DNA of 64,000 bases. Source: Cycas panzhihuaensis (taxonomy: Eukaryota; Plantae; Cycadophyta). Under the pieces are notes generated by a model that saw only the letters and a list, made by a program, of their open reading frames with translations, was not told where the DNA came from and ran no database searches. The stretch lies in contig CM041465.1 in the NCBI GenBank assembly GCA_023213395.1, forward strand, positions 196,237,741 to 196,301,740, in the 5' to 3' direction. Positions 11,400 through 25,045 of this stretch are shown piece by piece. Both the position numbers and the translations under genes were made by a program. The stretch's first letter is position 1. Every line of letters begins with the position of its first letter.

Positions 11400-13650
11400 G
11401 ATCTCAACCCTACATAGATCTTATAAAATTCCAATGCTAAACATTTCTCAATTATATCCATATAGGATATATGATTAAGTTTAAGGACGTTAAGATAATC
11501 TAGAGGTTTGAGGATGTTCGCGAGCAAGTTAAAAAGGAGATCATCTACTAGTGGCCTTTGGTAACTATTGGTGAGGTATTATAAACAATAAATGAAGTGA
11601 TGATTAGACTCTTCTACTTCTTATTTCATAAAGAAAAGGGCTTTTTCCCTAGTCTTGAATATGTGAGCTACATTAAAATAGCTAATTAAAGTGTTAAGAA
11701 GATACTATAAAGAAAAGATGGAGGTATTAGGCAACCTATAAAACTGCTTCTAGGAATGACTTAGCAAGTTTTAGGGAAGATTTTCATCAAAATCTAATCA
11801 TATAAAAGGTAATTTATATAGGCCAAATCTTGAGTTTGGACATGGCTTATGGGATCTTGCCCTACCTCTCCATGGAGCTTTGAGAGTTTTGGTATGATAG
11901 GTGGAAGAGAATACATAAGGACTATTTATAGAAAGGGGTTCCTTTTATAATTTGTGTAGGACCTCCTTAGTAATGAAGAGGAGGAAAAGTGATGAAAAGG
12001 TGGTGGAGGCTATGGATGTACTCTATAAGTAAGATTCCACTAACTTGAAGGGGCTTATGATTAGAAAGCACCCAGATTCAATCGTAGAGGTTGAGATTTA
12101 GGGTTAGGAGTAGGAGGGATAGTATTGGATGATCCCTTATGTGGAAGGTAATTAGCATGAGGATGTGGTAGGGGTTACTATTAGCTAGAGCTAAGTCAGA
12201 CTATATGAGGTCCTATAATAGAAATGTGTTGAGTAGGAGTGATTATCCAAGAGGTGACTCTATGGATATATAAGGTAATTCAAGTAAATGTATTTCCAAA
12301 TATACTTACGTAAGACATGAAGGGCTAAATATAAGGCCCCTTATGTTGTAGGTTGACTCCTCAAACTAGTTAGAGTGTAAAAGTGGCAAAGGGTTACTAA
12401 GAAGAGGGTATGACTCCTAAAGAAGAAGGTTAGTTCTATGAGGGAAAAGATGGTATATAGCTAGTAGGAGCTAATCCCATATATGTAGTCTAGGTAGGAG
12501 AATTGATCAATATGTGAGATGATATAAGCTGAGGGATAAGTCCATGTGATGAAATGATGGACTGACTCCATGGTAGAATGGAGGTGTACCCATGGGAAGG
12601 GACTACCATGGTTATGTAAGGAATGAACAATAAAGTGATCAAGTATATGAGTGGTTTTATGATAAGGCTAGTAGGGTTGAAACCTAAGAGAAAAATAGAA
12701 GTACTAAGAACTAAACTATGAGTAATGGACAACATTGTCACTTGTTATGAGGCTTGCATGATGGGCTATATAATTAAAGGAGGTGAACAGGATCCTATGG
12801 CCTCTATGGGAGCAATCAAGATACATCCATATATGGGAACCCTAATAGCCTAAATTACTCGAAGAATAGATCATAGGTAAGCTACTTTAGCTCTTAGGAT
12901 TAAGATACACTAAGATTGAGCTAGCCCATGCCTAATAAATGCATTATTTCAGATATTGAAATTCTCTCAAGAGTTAGTCTTGAGATAAAATAAGTAAAGC
13001 CTACTCCTAAGATGATTATAAAAGTGAGGAGGCACCAATATAAAGATTAGGTGGTGTGTTAGATCCTAAAGATAGGGGAACAAAAGTGTAAAGGTCTCTA
13101 GGTTAAAGGTCCAAGATCCTAGTTAAATGTTTAGTTATTTTAAAATTGAGAAGTGATTTCTTTTGCACCATCATTAAAGATGGAACAAGAAAGAGATGTA
13201 TAAGATAATAAAAGAGTAAAGGAAATAAACTCTAAATGAGTAGAGGACAATGGAAATGTTATTAAAAGAAGAATCACATTTGGAACCTCCCTAGTAAGGT
13301 TGTTAGGATGTATGCTAAAATTTAAGAAGTTTTAATTCACTAGCCCTCTCATAAAAAGAGAGGTTGTAAAATGTAAGGTATGTTAAGTTGAAAGCCAAAA
13401 GATGTAACTAAAGAGTAAAGGACTTGAAACTAGATGATAATAAAAGCAACAAGGGTGGAAACACGTGTATATGGGCACTTGAAGTAGTTATGCTAACACA
13501 CAACAACATAAATAATAACATCATGCCCATCATCAACCTAGTCTCAGAAGTTAGATAGGCATACCAATAATCTATGGGAGTCAGGCATAGGTATAGGATC
13601 ATGTACACTCTAACCTACAAGTAGATAAAAGAAGAAATTTAGTGTGTTAA
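11400..13650 (+). other. Highly decayed, probably retroelement-derived coding-like sequence (unassigned)
   Basis: Purine-rich plus strand with a possible eroded CCHC knuckle near 12740-12785. No clean domain readable. Confidence 0.25.
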
Positions 13651-13697
13651 AAGGAAATAAGTAGCATATAGAAAATACATCTATCTACTCCTCTTTA

Positions 13698-16126
13698 TAT
13701 TAAAAGTTACGTGGTTTGATATCATTAATACATAATAATAAACACATTAAGATTACGATAACCACATATATGACAAATTAAAGAAACATGCACTATAATA
13801 TAAGACAACCCTTTATGGGAAATAATCATCTCTAATTTGAATTATAAGATAATAAACATTATAGTACATGTCAACATATATGTATCTAATCACACATTAG
13901 GATCCACATAGTTGACCGATGTCTTATTACATGAATAAGTATACATACTAAGACCCCATAATGCATATAAGAGGGAAAATTGCCAATTTAATAATCCATG
14001 AACTAAATATTATCTAATACCCCCCCTTTAATATTTAATTCATTTGTCATAAAGCTACTTCAAATGTGATGCTAGGTCCATATAAAAGCCAAACATTTGC
14101 TAGAGCACATGGGTAACTAGCTCCTATACTTACTAGTCCTCTAGAATGACCTTCACATACATGATTCACCAATATTTATTTATAAAATGACTTTAAGTTA
14201 CTCTCATTCTATATATTTATAGTTCCTCCTACACCTCAAGGAGAAAATTAAGCTAAAAAACCATAGCCCTATTCACTAAATAATGGAACAAACTTGCATA
14301 AATGGTTATCTAAGCAAAGACATATGACAAAATACCTCTTCTTCTAGGCATAAGTTCCATTTTTTAACTCAGATAATACCCTATAAAATCACTGTTAGAA
14401 CTTTAAGCATTAAAACCTTCCATGAAAATTCTTCAAATCATATTGTGTGACCACTTGAAGCTATGTGAGTTAGCTCTCCAATGTAATAGATAGAACTAAA
14501 TTTTGACTTTATATAAGGAAGATATTCAAGATTTCACAAGCACAAGTACTTTTAAAACCAAAAAAGGTGAAAAATTAAGATTGATCATTTTCTCATTAAC
14601 TCCAAGTCATATCAAATACATCATACGACCTCCTTAAGGGGCTTGGTAGATTCATAGAAAGATTTTAAAGTTATTTAATGTTACTTTATAAAGTTTTATA
14701 ACCTTATAATATTGATTAATAAATTTATAAGTCACATCTTATTCAAATGACCTATGTGGCCTTGGTGAGGGTCTTTTTTATTATAGGTGAGCTTTTATGA
14801 TCATTTGTGATATCTTCCTTCAATTAATAGGTGCCTTAAATGACCTAAATAGTAGATATAACATTCATAAACCATCAACACCCTTCAAAAATGTACCCAA
14901 ACCAAAATAATAATTACTCAACATGTTACAAACTTGCTTAGTGAATTGTCAAACCATCTAATAAGAAACCATTTAGAAAAGGTACATCCAATAGTAGAAC
15001 ATGCCCTATGGTTCAATAAAAATATGTCCCTAACATCATGGGATGTAGTGAAAAGGCAGCTTAACAAAATTAGTCTGTGAAACCATATTTAATGGCCAAA
15101 ATATGAATATACTCCTAGTCCATAGCCTATTTCCTTAACATAGACATTTTTACACTTCCCTCCTTTCTTACTCTATATTAGAAATAAAGGAGTAGTTATC
15201 ATCAATCATCCACGTAGTAACCCAACACTAGAATTAAAATATATTAAACCCCAACTTGCTGATGGGATCCCTCTTAAACTTGTAATCTACATGTTATACA
15301 TATAATTAACTAGTTAATTTTTCATATGCATAGGTTCCCACAAATAATCAACAAGATTTGCTTTATCAAACAACCCTTATAAACTTATGTATTCCTTCAC
15401 TAAGGTAATTCATCTATTTTATCAAAAAACATGTCATAAACCCTCAATAACATGGCTTCCTCATCTCATGATAGATGATATGACATGAGTGGTTCTCCTC
15501 TCCACCTCAACGACTTCAATAGGGTGATTAAGTCTATTCCAAAAGCCTTATTCTTAGATGTATAATAACACTTGTATAGGGACTAGCTAGACATACGTAA
15601 AAATAATCCAAAAATGACTCAATATCTCATGTGACAATATTTATAGGATTTGAATAATTGTAACACTTATGCTCTGGTTGGATTTCTTTCAAGGCTTAGA
15701 CATTAACATGCTCTAGTACATAAACTAACACACTCTTGGGAGATGTACAAGCATGATCTAAGCACATGCATCAATGTTCTGTTTAGGTACCCTACAAAAT
15801 CATATTTCAGTACCTTTCCCACCAACCTACAACAAACTTCACTTTACATAAGATAAACCCCTTCATTCATTATAAATAAGCATACCTAAAATAAGTTATG
15901 AATAACATAGATATGTGGACACACTCATAATCTTATAATCACTTGTGATTAGATAGAATCTCTGATATCATATTAAAAATTACATAATTTTATATCATTA
16001 ATGGATAATTATATACATATCATGATTACTATAACTACGCACATGACAAATTAATGAAATGTGCACTGTATATAACATAACCCTTTAGGGATAATGATCA
16101 AATCTAATTTGCATTATTAGATAATG

Positions 16127-16207
<81 letters not shown>

Positions 16208-16364
16208 GATGAATATCATCATATAGGTATCTAATTACACATCAAGAACCATATAATTGATTAATCACTTATTACATAAGGAAGTGTGCATATCAAGGTT
16301 CCCTAATGTACATAAGAGGGAAAACTACGAGCTTAATAATTCATGGATTGAACATTATCTAACA
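13698..16364 (-). mobile_element. Non-autonomous LTR retrotransposon (2.7 kb)
   Basis: Direct repeats 13698-14019 and 15971-16364; TSD CTTTA on both sides (13693-13697, 16365-16369); PPT ccccccctttaa at 14020; degenerate PBS tctctgatatca at 15959-15970. Confidence 0.9.
16127..16206. repeat. (TA)n(CA)n microsatellite inside the 5' LTR
   Basis: Seen directly; absent from the partner LTR. Confidence 0.97.
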
Positions 16365-18960
16365 CTTTAAAGATGTAAATAACATATAATAAACTCTTAG
16401 AGGCTAAGAGGTCTATTAAGGCATGTGTGCCTGAATTCTATCAAGTCCTAAAGCCCTATTCTATAATTTACTTCCTCTAAGAGGATGCACCTATTCACTC
16501 TCAACTGACCATAAATATCTATGTCATACTAAATTAAGAAAAGTATGGGAAGATTGAAGAGGAGTAAGATATAAAGGAATATGTCTCTAAACTAACAAAC
16601 TACTCATGGGTCAATTAGTAGAGACTCTCTCACTTAGTAACATCTCACACATGAGTGTGGGATGTCTAGGGATGCTTATGTCTAATTATAGATAATATAA
16701 TATCCTTAGAGATAAATAAGAGCAGAATCCATTGCTCTCAATAAGAAGTATGGCAGTCTTTCAACTCTCTTGACTGTACATAGTCAAGATAGTCTCCTAT
16801 AACCTCAATTACTCCAAACATAAAAAAATGATTTGCCTTGTCTTAGGTGCAAGACTATCCATCAATTTATTAAGTCTAGATAAAACTAGCCCCTTCCTTG
16901 GCTTAGTGGGAATTAAGCATTTGGAAAGGGAAAGCAAATAATACAACATAAGAATGCAACCAACATCCACTTTTACTTATACGTAGACAATAAATAACTT
17001 GAGTTATAACTTGAAACATGCAAAATAATGCAAGGAAAAAAAACAAGCAAGGTAATCAAGAAAGTAAATAATAGTCTCATAACCACATGCAACTAAGAGG
17101 TCTTATTAGGTCCTGAAGCACTTTTACACTTAGCTCCCTTTAATAAAAGAAAAAGAAGAAGTTCCTTTTTATCCCTTTATAATGATGTGAGAGGTACAAA
17201 TAAGTGATTGTTCTTGTTTTTTCTAAAATTATTTCATCCATCTCTTTCTTTTCTTATTTTCAAAAATTAAATGCTCTAAAGCTATGAACAAGAGAGAACA
17301 CACAAATAAGAAACTATTATATAAGAAGGTGTTGGGTAAATCCCCTCAACATGCAATATGAAAATGCTTCACGAAAAAGAATTAAATATATATTTAATCA
17401 AAATAACTACTTATACTAAAGTAAAACATTGAATAAAATAACACGAAATAGATCTAATAACTAAAATAAGCAAGAAAGTAAAGGAAGTGAAATGTCTGCT
17501 AAGTTAACTTGTGTATACAAAGTACCTATAGAAGGGACACCTTGAATTTATATCGTAAAAGTGATTTACTCCTTAGAGACATTAGCTTAATATTGAGAAG
17601 AAGAAGGGTAAGATGAGTGTATACCAACCCAAGTAGTGATGAGACAAGAAGATTGGTCCTATAAGATAACCCAAGAAGTTGTTTCTTAGAAAAAACCCAA
17701 ATAAAGAGAGAAAATAGTGAAGAATAAACCAAAGTAAATGAGTCAAAAGGGAGGCAAGCAATACAAATACACTCTATATAATAAGACTCAACAAGAAGTT
17801 CCATAAACCAAACCAACAAGCAAGATCAATAAGAGTCAACACAAATGAACCTAATAATAGATCAAGGCAAGGGCATAAAAAAAAGATAAAAAAAAAGAAA
17901 TGGAAGAACCATAAATGAACCTAGAATAAGCCAATGCAAAAAGAAAATTTGCATAAAGAAAAGGTGGGCAAAGTAATAACAAAAGCTAAAAGATATGTGA
18001 GAGATTTAAGATCAAAAAATGCCATGAATTATAAGGAAAAGAAACAAAATAAATAACTAAGATATTTACAAGGAAAAGCCTTAATAGTCACCACTTACTA
18101 CTAATTTATTGCTAGAATAAACTAGGTGAATTTGTCATAGCTAGACTAGTAAGAGGAATTACAAGAAAAACCAAATGAAGGCACCACCAAAGTTCCTAAA
18201 ATAAGAATCTAGTATAGAGGAAAGGAAGAGAGATATCTTTAAGATTCAATGCCATAAAAGCAACTAACTAAAAAAACTCTATAAAATCTTGCAAATAATG
18301 ACTAAAAGCAAGAGAATCGAAAACCAAAAATCTAGTAGCAAAGGTAAGATGACTAAAAAAATCCAAACCCAATAAGATGATTTGAATAAATAAGCAATTT
18401 TAACAACTGTTTCTTATTGCAAAACCATGAAAGGGATAAAATAGAGTAAAAAAAGACCTAAAAAATTGTAAACTAATTGGATATTAATAAGGGTGCAAGA
18501 GTTAGGTATTTTTAAGGGGTTGAAGCCTTTAGTTGCTACATGATAGAGTATTTAATTTCCAATCATAGGTATCATGTAGGACAAGGGTCAAGGCACAAGT
18601 TGACTATATGATGAATAAATCACATTTGTTAGAATAATTAGAAATAAAAAATAATACCTAGTCACCATGAAGGTTTAGAATTATGGAATGTAAGTATTAA
18701 TAACTTATGCATATACGTTTGCATTTGAGCTAGGAGACCATCCATTCATATGAATGTAGGATTTTCATACCTAGGATAGTTTATGTATTTATATGTGATA
18801 TATGATAGCTTATATTCTTATGATTTATTAAAAAAGAGAGGTTTTATTATGATAAAAGTATGAAATGTTATCTTACTAATAAAATAGTGTAGTATTTCAT
18901 TATGTTTTGAGTATAATGCCTAACTCTAGGTATGAAACTAAAGGGCCTTGATGATAAAGG

Positions 18961-19258
18961 TGAAAAGAGTGGATCTATCCTTCATCTCCATGCACTAAAC
19001 ACAAAGGCAAACATGGGAGCAAGAGAGACTTGAGAGAAAGAAAGTAGCTCTCACAAAATGGGGAGGTAAAGAATGAATCTCCTCCATTGAGCTTTACTTT
19101 TATATTGAGAGAGGGAGCATTTGAGTTAGGTGAAATGAAATTACACATAATGCACATGAAAGTGCATTTCACTTAAGTGATCTAATTTAAAGTTCACTTA
19201 AGACCCTTTTTCGAAATAATCAACTAATGTAATGACCTTATGTCATTAACCCTTTTCA
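18961..19258 (-). repeat. 3' LTR
   Basis: Matches 26243-26540 except one A/G site that I can see. Confidence 0.98.
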
Positions 19259-19555
19259 ATCTCCCCCTTAATGGTAGAAGGTCATTTCATTCTATTTTAT
19301 TCTATCCTATGAGGTCTTCATTTGAGCCTCTTACAAAGCAAACTAGTATGATACTTTTGTGGGAAACCCTCATGGGGAAGAAAACCCACAAATTTTCTAA
19401 TCTACTGACTGGCTCGCTCAGCTCTTTAAATGTAGCCAGATAGCCAATCAGTACAATAAATTTTGTAGCTGAAATCTACTGAGTCTCCATATACTATTTG
19501 GTCATCCCCCATGCCCTTTCGGGTTTTCACAGGTTTCGATTTTTCAAAATAATAC

Positions 19556-19665
19556 AACCCTTATCCTTTCGCATCCACATGGGGTTTTCACGAATGGGAT
19601 AGAGCAGAGACTTACTCTTGTCCTTTCGCGCCCACAAGGGGTTTTCACGAATGAGATAGAGTATG
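19556..19665. repeat. 57-bp tandem duplication in the copia 3' UTR
   Basis: tcctttcgc..ccaca.ggggttttcacgaatg.gatagag at 19564 and 19621; partial third copy near 19515. Confidence 0.85.
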
Positions 19666-19690
19666 ATGGTCCTATTGTCATCTCCTTCAA

Positions 19691-22600
19691 TCAGTCAGAG
19701 ATGGAGGCCCTAAGGCTGAGTTGCTTTCGAAACTGTTCAAACTTCACCCTCTTCAGTGGTTTGGTGAAGATATCGGCCACTTGATCTCATTGCGGGGCAA
19801 GATACTAATTGAATTGTGCCATCATGAACTAGTTCTCTAATCCTGTGGACTTTTGTACTTATATGTTTGGTACGATCATGAAATATAGGATTTTTAGCCA
19901 TCTAGATTGTAGATTGATTATCTACATGTAAGCTAGTAGAACTTGTTTGGGTGGCATTTAATGTATTCAACAATTTTCTAAGCCATATCACCTCCTTGCT
20001 TGTCTTAGAAGCAGCAATGTACTCAGCTTCAGCAGTTGAGTCTGCAACTATCTTTTGCCGTCTGGATCTCCATGATATTGGTGCTGTTCCAAGAAATGTT
20101 ACGCACTGCACGTAGATCTTCCCGTGTCTTTATCTCCAAGTCTCGAGTGCATGTATGCATAAAGTTTAAATTCTGCATTAGGTTCATACAACAGATCATA
20201 TTTGCTAGTCGTCTTTAGGTACCTCAACACCCGTATTGCAGCTTGCCAATGATTCTGCTTAGGATTTGTCATGAATCTTGCAAGAATGTCGACAGAGTGT
20301 GCAATGTCTGGCCTTGTGTTGGTAGTATAGATGAGACTACCTACAAGTTGCCTGTAGAGTGTTGCGTCTGCCTCCCTATTGTCACCATCAACTGAGAGCT
20401 TAATATTAGGCTCCATAGGTGTATCCACTAGTCGAGCACCTTCCAACTGAAACTTTGTCAGAAGATCGTTGATATATTTTTCTTGGGAGAGAAAGATTTT
20501 GCCATCCTTTTGAGTTACTTCAATTCCCAAGTAATATTTCATCAACTCGAGGTCAGACAATTCAAAAGTTTTAGCAAGGTCCTTCTTCCACCGGTGACAC
20601 TGCTCACTATTCCTCGTTATGAGCATGTCATCCACAAAGATTAAGAGGTAAGTGACTTTATCATTTTGGCGCTTGATGAATAATGTTGCATCAATATCTT
20701 GATAGTCACAAACCTCATATCCAAGTTGCCTCATTCTTTCAGACAACTTGGTAAACCAAGCACGAGGGGCTTGCTTTAGCCTGCATAAGGACTTTTGAGC
20801 CTACAAACTTTATGCTCCCGATCGAATCTCGTATCCTTCTAACTGAGCCATGTAAATTTCTTCTTTAAGGTCCCCATTGAGAAATGCGGTCTTAACATCG
20901 AGTTGGTGGATTTTCCAACCCTGTTGAGCAGCCAAGGCTATTAGAGTTCTGATTGTAGGCCACTTGGTTGTAGGAGCAAAGATTTCAGTGTAGTGAATGC
21001 CTTCCCTTTGCGTGAATCCTTTTGCTACCAACCTCGCCTTGTCTTTTTCTAGGGTGTCATCTGATCTATACTTGTTTTTGAACACCCATTTATTTTGAAC
21101 TACCTTTCTTCCAAGTGGTAGATCAACAAGCTCCCATGTATCGTTCTTAATAAGAGATTGATACTCTTCGTTCATGGCATTTCTCCAAGTCGCATGCTTT
21201 ACTGACTTCTTGGTACGTTAGGGCTCTTCATTAAGAGCAAGATGCGCTCACCGGTTCAAGCTCAATGGAAAGTGATTCATGCATCCTTGCTCTATGGGCA
21301 CTTCTAGTGCCAGTTTTGCCTACCTCATCTAGTCGCATGTCCTCGTGTGGTGGTAGGCTTCACGAAAACCTCGAGTTGGGAATGAGGTTTTCATTTCCAC
21401 AACCTCTTGATCTTCGCTTTGATCCCGAAAAGGATCATGTGAAATATTTGGCACGGAGGAAGTTGACGATCTTTGGAGAAGATGGGCCGCCCACGGATGT
21501 TGGAGAAGATGATCCTTCTCGCTATGGCTTTGCCTTTGTCAACTTGGTCGCTCACAAATGATGGTCCGGATATGTACACATTGGATTGGAGTCACACTTG
21601 TATCCTCCGAGGCTCTATTGTCGATTCCAAGATTTTAAGCATCTGCTCAAAGATCTCCCCTAAATTTTAGAATCTGGACATCAAATTCAAGAGCATCATT
21701 AAATCGGTATGAAGGCGTCTTGAGTCAAGTCCGAGTAATTGATCTTCGCCTCGCAAAGATAACATCTCTAGTGATGATGATTTTGCACTCAAGGTATAAA
21801 AACCTTGTATCCCTTTTTGTCCATAGGGTATCCAACAAAGATGCCTTTGATGGCTCTATCTTAGAGCTTATTTCTATGTTCCTGCAAAATATGAGCATAA
21901 CAAGTAGAGCCAAAAATTCAAGTGCGAGATAGAGGGGTTTGTCCATACCACATTTCATGTGGAGAGAGGCCGAGCTTGGAGGGACTAACAGAGTTGATGC
22001 AATACATGATCGGATAGCCTCAACCCAAAGATAGATAGGGACATTCTTATATACCAGCATAGCACGATCCATATTCATGATGGTCCTGTTCATATGGTCG
22101 GCAACTCCATTTTGCTGGGGTGTACCGCAATGGGTCTGATGTTTGATTCCACGTTGACGTAGGTACGATTCAAACTCATTGGATGTGTACTCGCCACCAT
22201 TGTTAGTCATGAGTATTTTGATCTTGAATCCAGATTCATTTTCCACGTGGGCCTTGAAAGCTTGAAACATAGAAAAAGCTTCATCTTTCTTTGCAAGAAA
22301 AGCAACCCATACTTTCTTGGTAAAATCATCAATGAAAGTAATATAGTACCACATTTGATAGAAGGGATGGGCATAGGACGCATATATCCGAGTGTACAAG
22401 CCGCAAAGGTTGGGTAGATTTCCACGACTACGAGGAAAGGGTTGTCTTTGAGATTTAGCAATAATACATGCTTCACATTTAAAGGGCTTGAGGGGAACTT
22501 AGGCAAACCAGAAGAGTGTCTTGTAGTTCTCTTAAATGATCAATTTTGATATGGCCCATATGAGCATGCCATAGAGTCGCTTGGGACAACTTTTGAGGAG

Positions 22601-24192
22601 TCAAGGTTGTGGTAAAATAAATTCATCATCAACATAGTTGGCTTCAGAGGATGGTGAGCCGCTTAGGCGAAAAAGTTTACCATCAAGAATTCGGTCATAA
22701 CCACAAAGATTTGAAGGAGGGTGAATAACACGAGAGTTTGATTGTTTGCGATTACACTCGGATCAAATCCACGAGAGACAAGGGTGGATGTGGAGAGCGA
22801 TTCTACTTGAGCAGGAATATATAAAACATCAACAAGTGTAAAACTGGAAGGCCTGGAGTTTCGTAAACTGCTCCGAGTCCTTTGATTGGCTGAGATAATT
22901 TGTCAGCCATGTGTACAACACCATGAACTTCAGAGTCAAAATCTTGAAAGAACTGGTGATGACAAGTCATGTGTTGTGTTGCTCTAGTATCCATGATCCA
23001 CAATGAAGTATTTGAGGTAGCACTATTTGCAACTCCAAGTGGTGAAGGCAAAAGTGAATAAGCATAGCCACAATGAGCCTCATTATACTTAGTGGATCTA
23101 TCAACAACATTTGATGAAGTGGTCCCAATTCTTTGAAGGTGTGCATGAGCAAATTACGTTCCACCAAAAGCATCTTCAAAAGAAGTATTATCAACATTAT
23201 GTGCACCATGGCGCTGATAACTTGGTAGTTTGTTGGTGGCGCTCGCAATTTTTGGCATAATGTCCTCTTCTATTACACCTTGGCACACGATTGCTTGATT
23301 TCCGGTCAAGTATTAGGTGGGCCGGATTGTCTCGACATCGGATCTAGGTCCGTGTTGATTATTTTGCCCTTGGCCTTGAGACTGTTTTTGTTGGAATTGA
23401 GGAGCCTGTTGACTAAGAGGACGTTGTCCTTGTTGTCTACCTCTTCCTCTTCCACGGGAATTACCACCTCTACGAGAGTATTGACCTTGATTTTTGGTGT
23501 AACAAAGATCTTCTTCCACTTTAAAAGCAGCATCAATTGGATCTGATGTAGTGGTAAAGTTGGTATTAAAGGTCTTATCAAATTCAATGAACTTATCAGC
23601 AAGATCCTCAAAGTTTAGGGTCTTTAAAGTTCCACTGGATTGAAGACTCCCCAATAGATTTTTATAATCTGGGATATGGAGACATGACTGAATCAAGAAA
23701 GCCCGTGTAATGTATTGAGTTTTAAAATCTTTATCAATGGCTTGCTTGATTGGACGAAGGAGATTGATTGTCTCACTTGCATGTCCTTTTTGCATTTTCA
23801 ATTTGTTCATCTTCAGCACTAAGTGAACAAATTCTAAGTCTGATTTAGTGTCAAAGTTCTTCTTAAGAACTTCAAGAACTTTCCATGTCAGATCATGTAC
23901 GGCTTCATCAATGAGATTATGCAGGAATAATCGGTGACAAGCAAGATCCCCGCAGTATTTTATCATCATCAAGTTCCCATTGGCGTTTAGCTATAGCTTC
24001 AGTGGGAGCAGTTGGAGCACCTCCTATTAAAGCAGTTGTGGTAGTCAGAATGCAATGTGTGGTGTAGGTTGTAAGTGACCTCTCCATAAACCTTCATACT
24101 TTGGCAAAGATTTCGACACCAAGGAACCACATGTCCCAATTTTCTTTCCCTTTTAGAGTGCAGTTCACATTTTGCTTGAATTGTGAAGACAT
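19691..24192 (-). pseudogene. Copia gag-pol, frameshifted as assembled
   Basis: ATG at 24192 (MSSQFKQNVNCTLKGKENWDMW); ORF pieces 23313-23972, 22803-23051, 21725-22399, 20810-21175, 20099-20746, 19902-20111; stop near 19691. Frameshifts may be sequencing errors. Confidence 0.9.
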
Positions 24193-24360
24193 TGTGTCTT
24201 TTTAGAAGGGAAGAAATGAACAAGGGACTATAAAAGTGATGGTAATAAATGACCGATCACTATTTACAAATGGAAAATGTAATGAAGTAGTGTAGAAGAA
24301 GGAAGAAGAAGTGAGAATGGTTGCTCAAAGATGAAGGGAGCAACTTAGAGAAAAGTCACC

Positions 24361-24484
24361 AACACTTGTGACAAATATTAACCTGATGTAGCAGGAATAT
24401 GAGAAGCACTATGATAAAAATTAGCCACTAACACTTGTGGCAAATATTAACCTAACGCAGCAGGAATATGAGAAGCACTATGAT
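24361..24484. repeat. 69-bp-period tandem duplication in the 5' UTR
   Basis: aacacttgtg.caaatattaacct...gcaggaatatgagaagcactatgat at 24361 and 24430. Confidence 0.9.
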
Positions 24485-24689
24485 TGTGATTACACTATGG
24501 ATCACTTTTTACAAATAAGTAAGTGATCAATATACAAGATCAGAGGCCAATGTAGAAGTTGACATCATTGGGTTTACACAACTTGAAACTCGAATGTAGG
24601 ATGCGTAATCAACCCAATAACCTCTAACTTGTGTCCAACGTGTAGTTGATGTTATTGAAGGGATGCCTAGGCTTCTAGTAGAATTAATT

Positions 24690-25045
24690 TGGCCTTCACC
24701 CGCGATACCCGCAATCGTGCTTGGTGATGAAATCCAAGTCACAACGGAGCCTGGTACTCCCAATCCTCACCCAGTTCACCAATGAGCAGCTATATACCTC
24801 CTCTAAAGAGTGGTACGTGCATACCCATGGCAATGATGGATATTGGATCGGGTATATTTTAATCTTGTATTAAAGTTTCAGTTTTCCCAGTTGGTTATCA
24901 GGATGATCCCTGATTGAGGCACGATGGTATGGCTAACCAAACCTCACCAATATTCCGGTTTAGTCCAGTCCCAACTTGAAACCCACACCTCCTTTATGGC
25001 ACGGCATTCTGCCAACCAAGGTATCTCAACCTTGGCGAGTGTGTG
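24690..25045 (-). promoter_or_regulatory. Conserved structured block in the copia 5' UTR
   Basis: Stems cttgg/ccaag (24720-24738), atcagg/cctgat (24897-24914), ccaaggt/accttgg (25016-25035); homologous to 4530-4895. Confidence 0.55.

Noticed and set aside
16365-18960. Possible Sirevirus-like 3' region/LTR continuing at 26541-27250
   Set aside because: A-rich with PPT-like purine runs, but no readable domain or paired terminus to support a call.
18975-19172. 65-aa ORF duplicated at 26257-26454
   Set aside because: Lies wholly within the two LTRs, has no recognisable domain, and is not seen as an ORF in the related LTR 6432-6742.
24720-24740. Hammerhead ribozyme/retrozyme (tgatgaaa in a hairpin loop)
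   Set aside because: No CUGANGA...GAAA...UH core with three stems on either strand.
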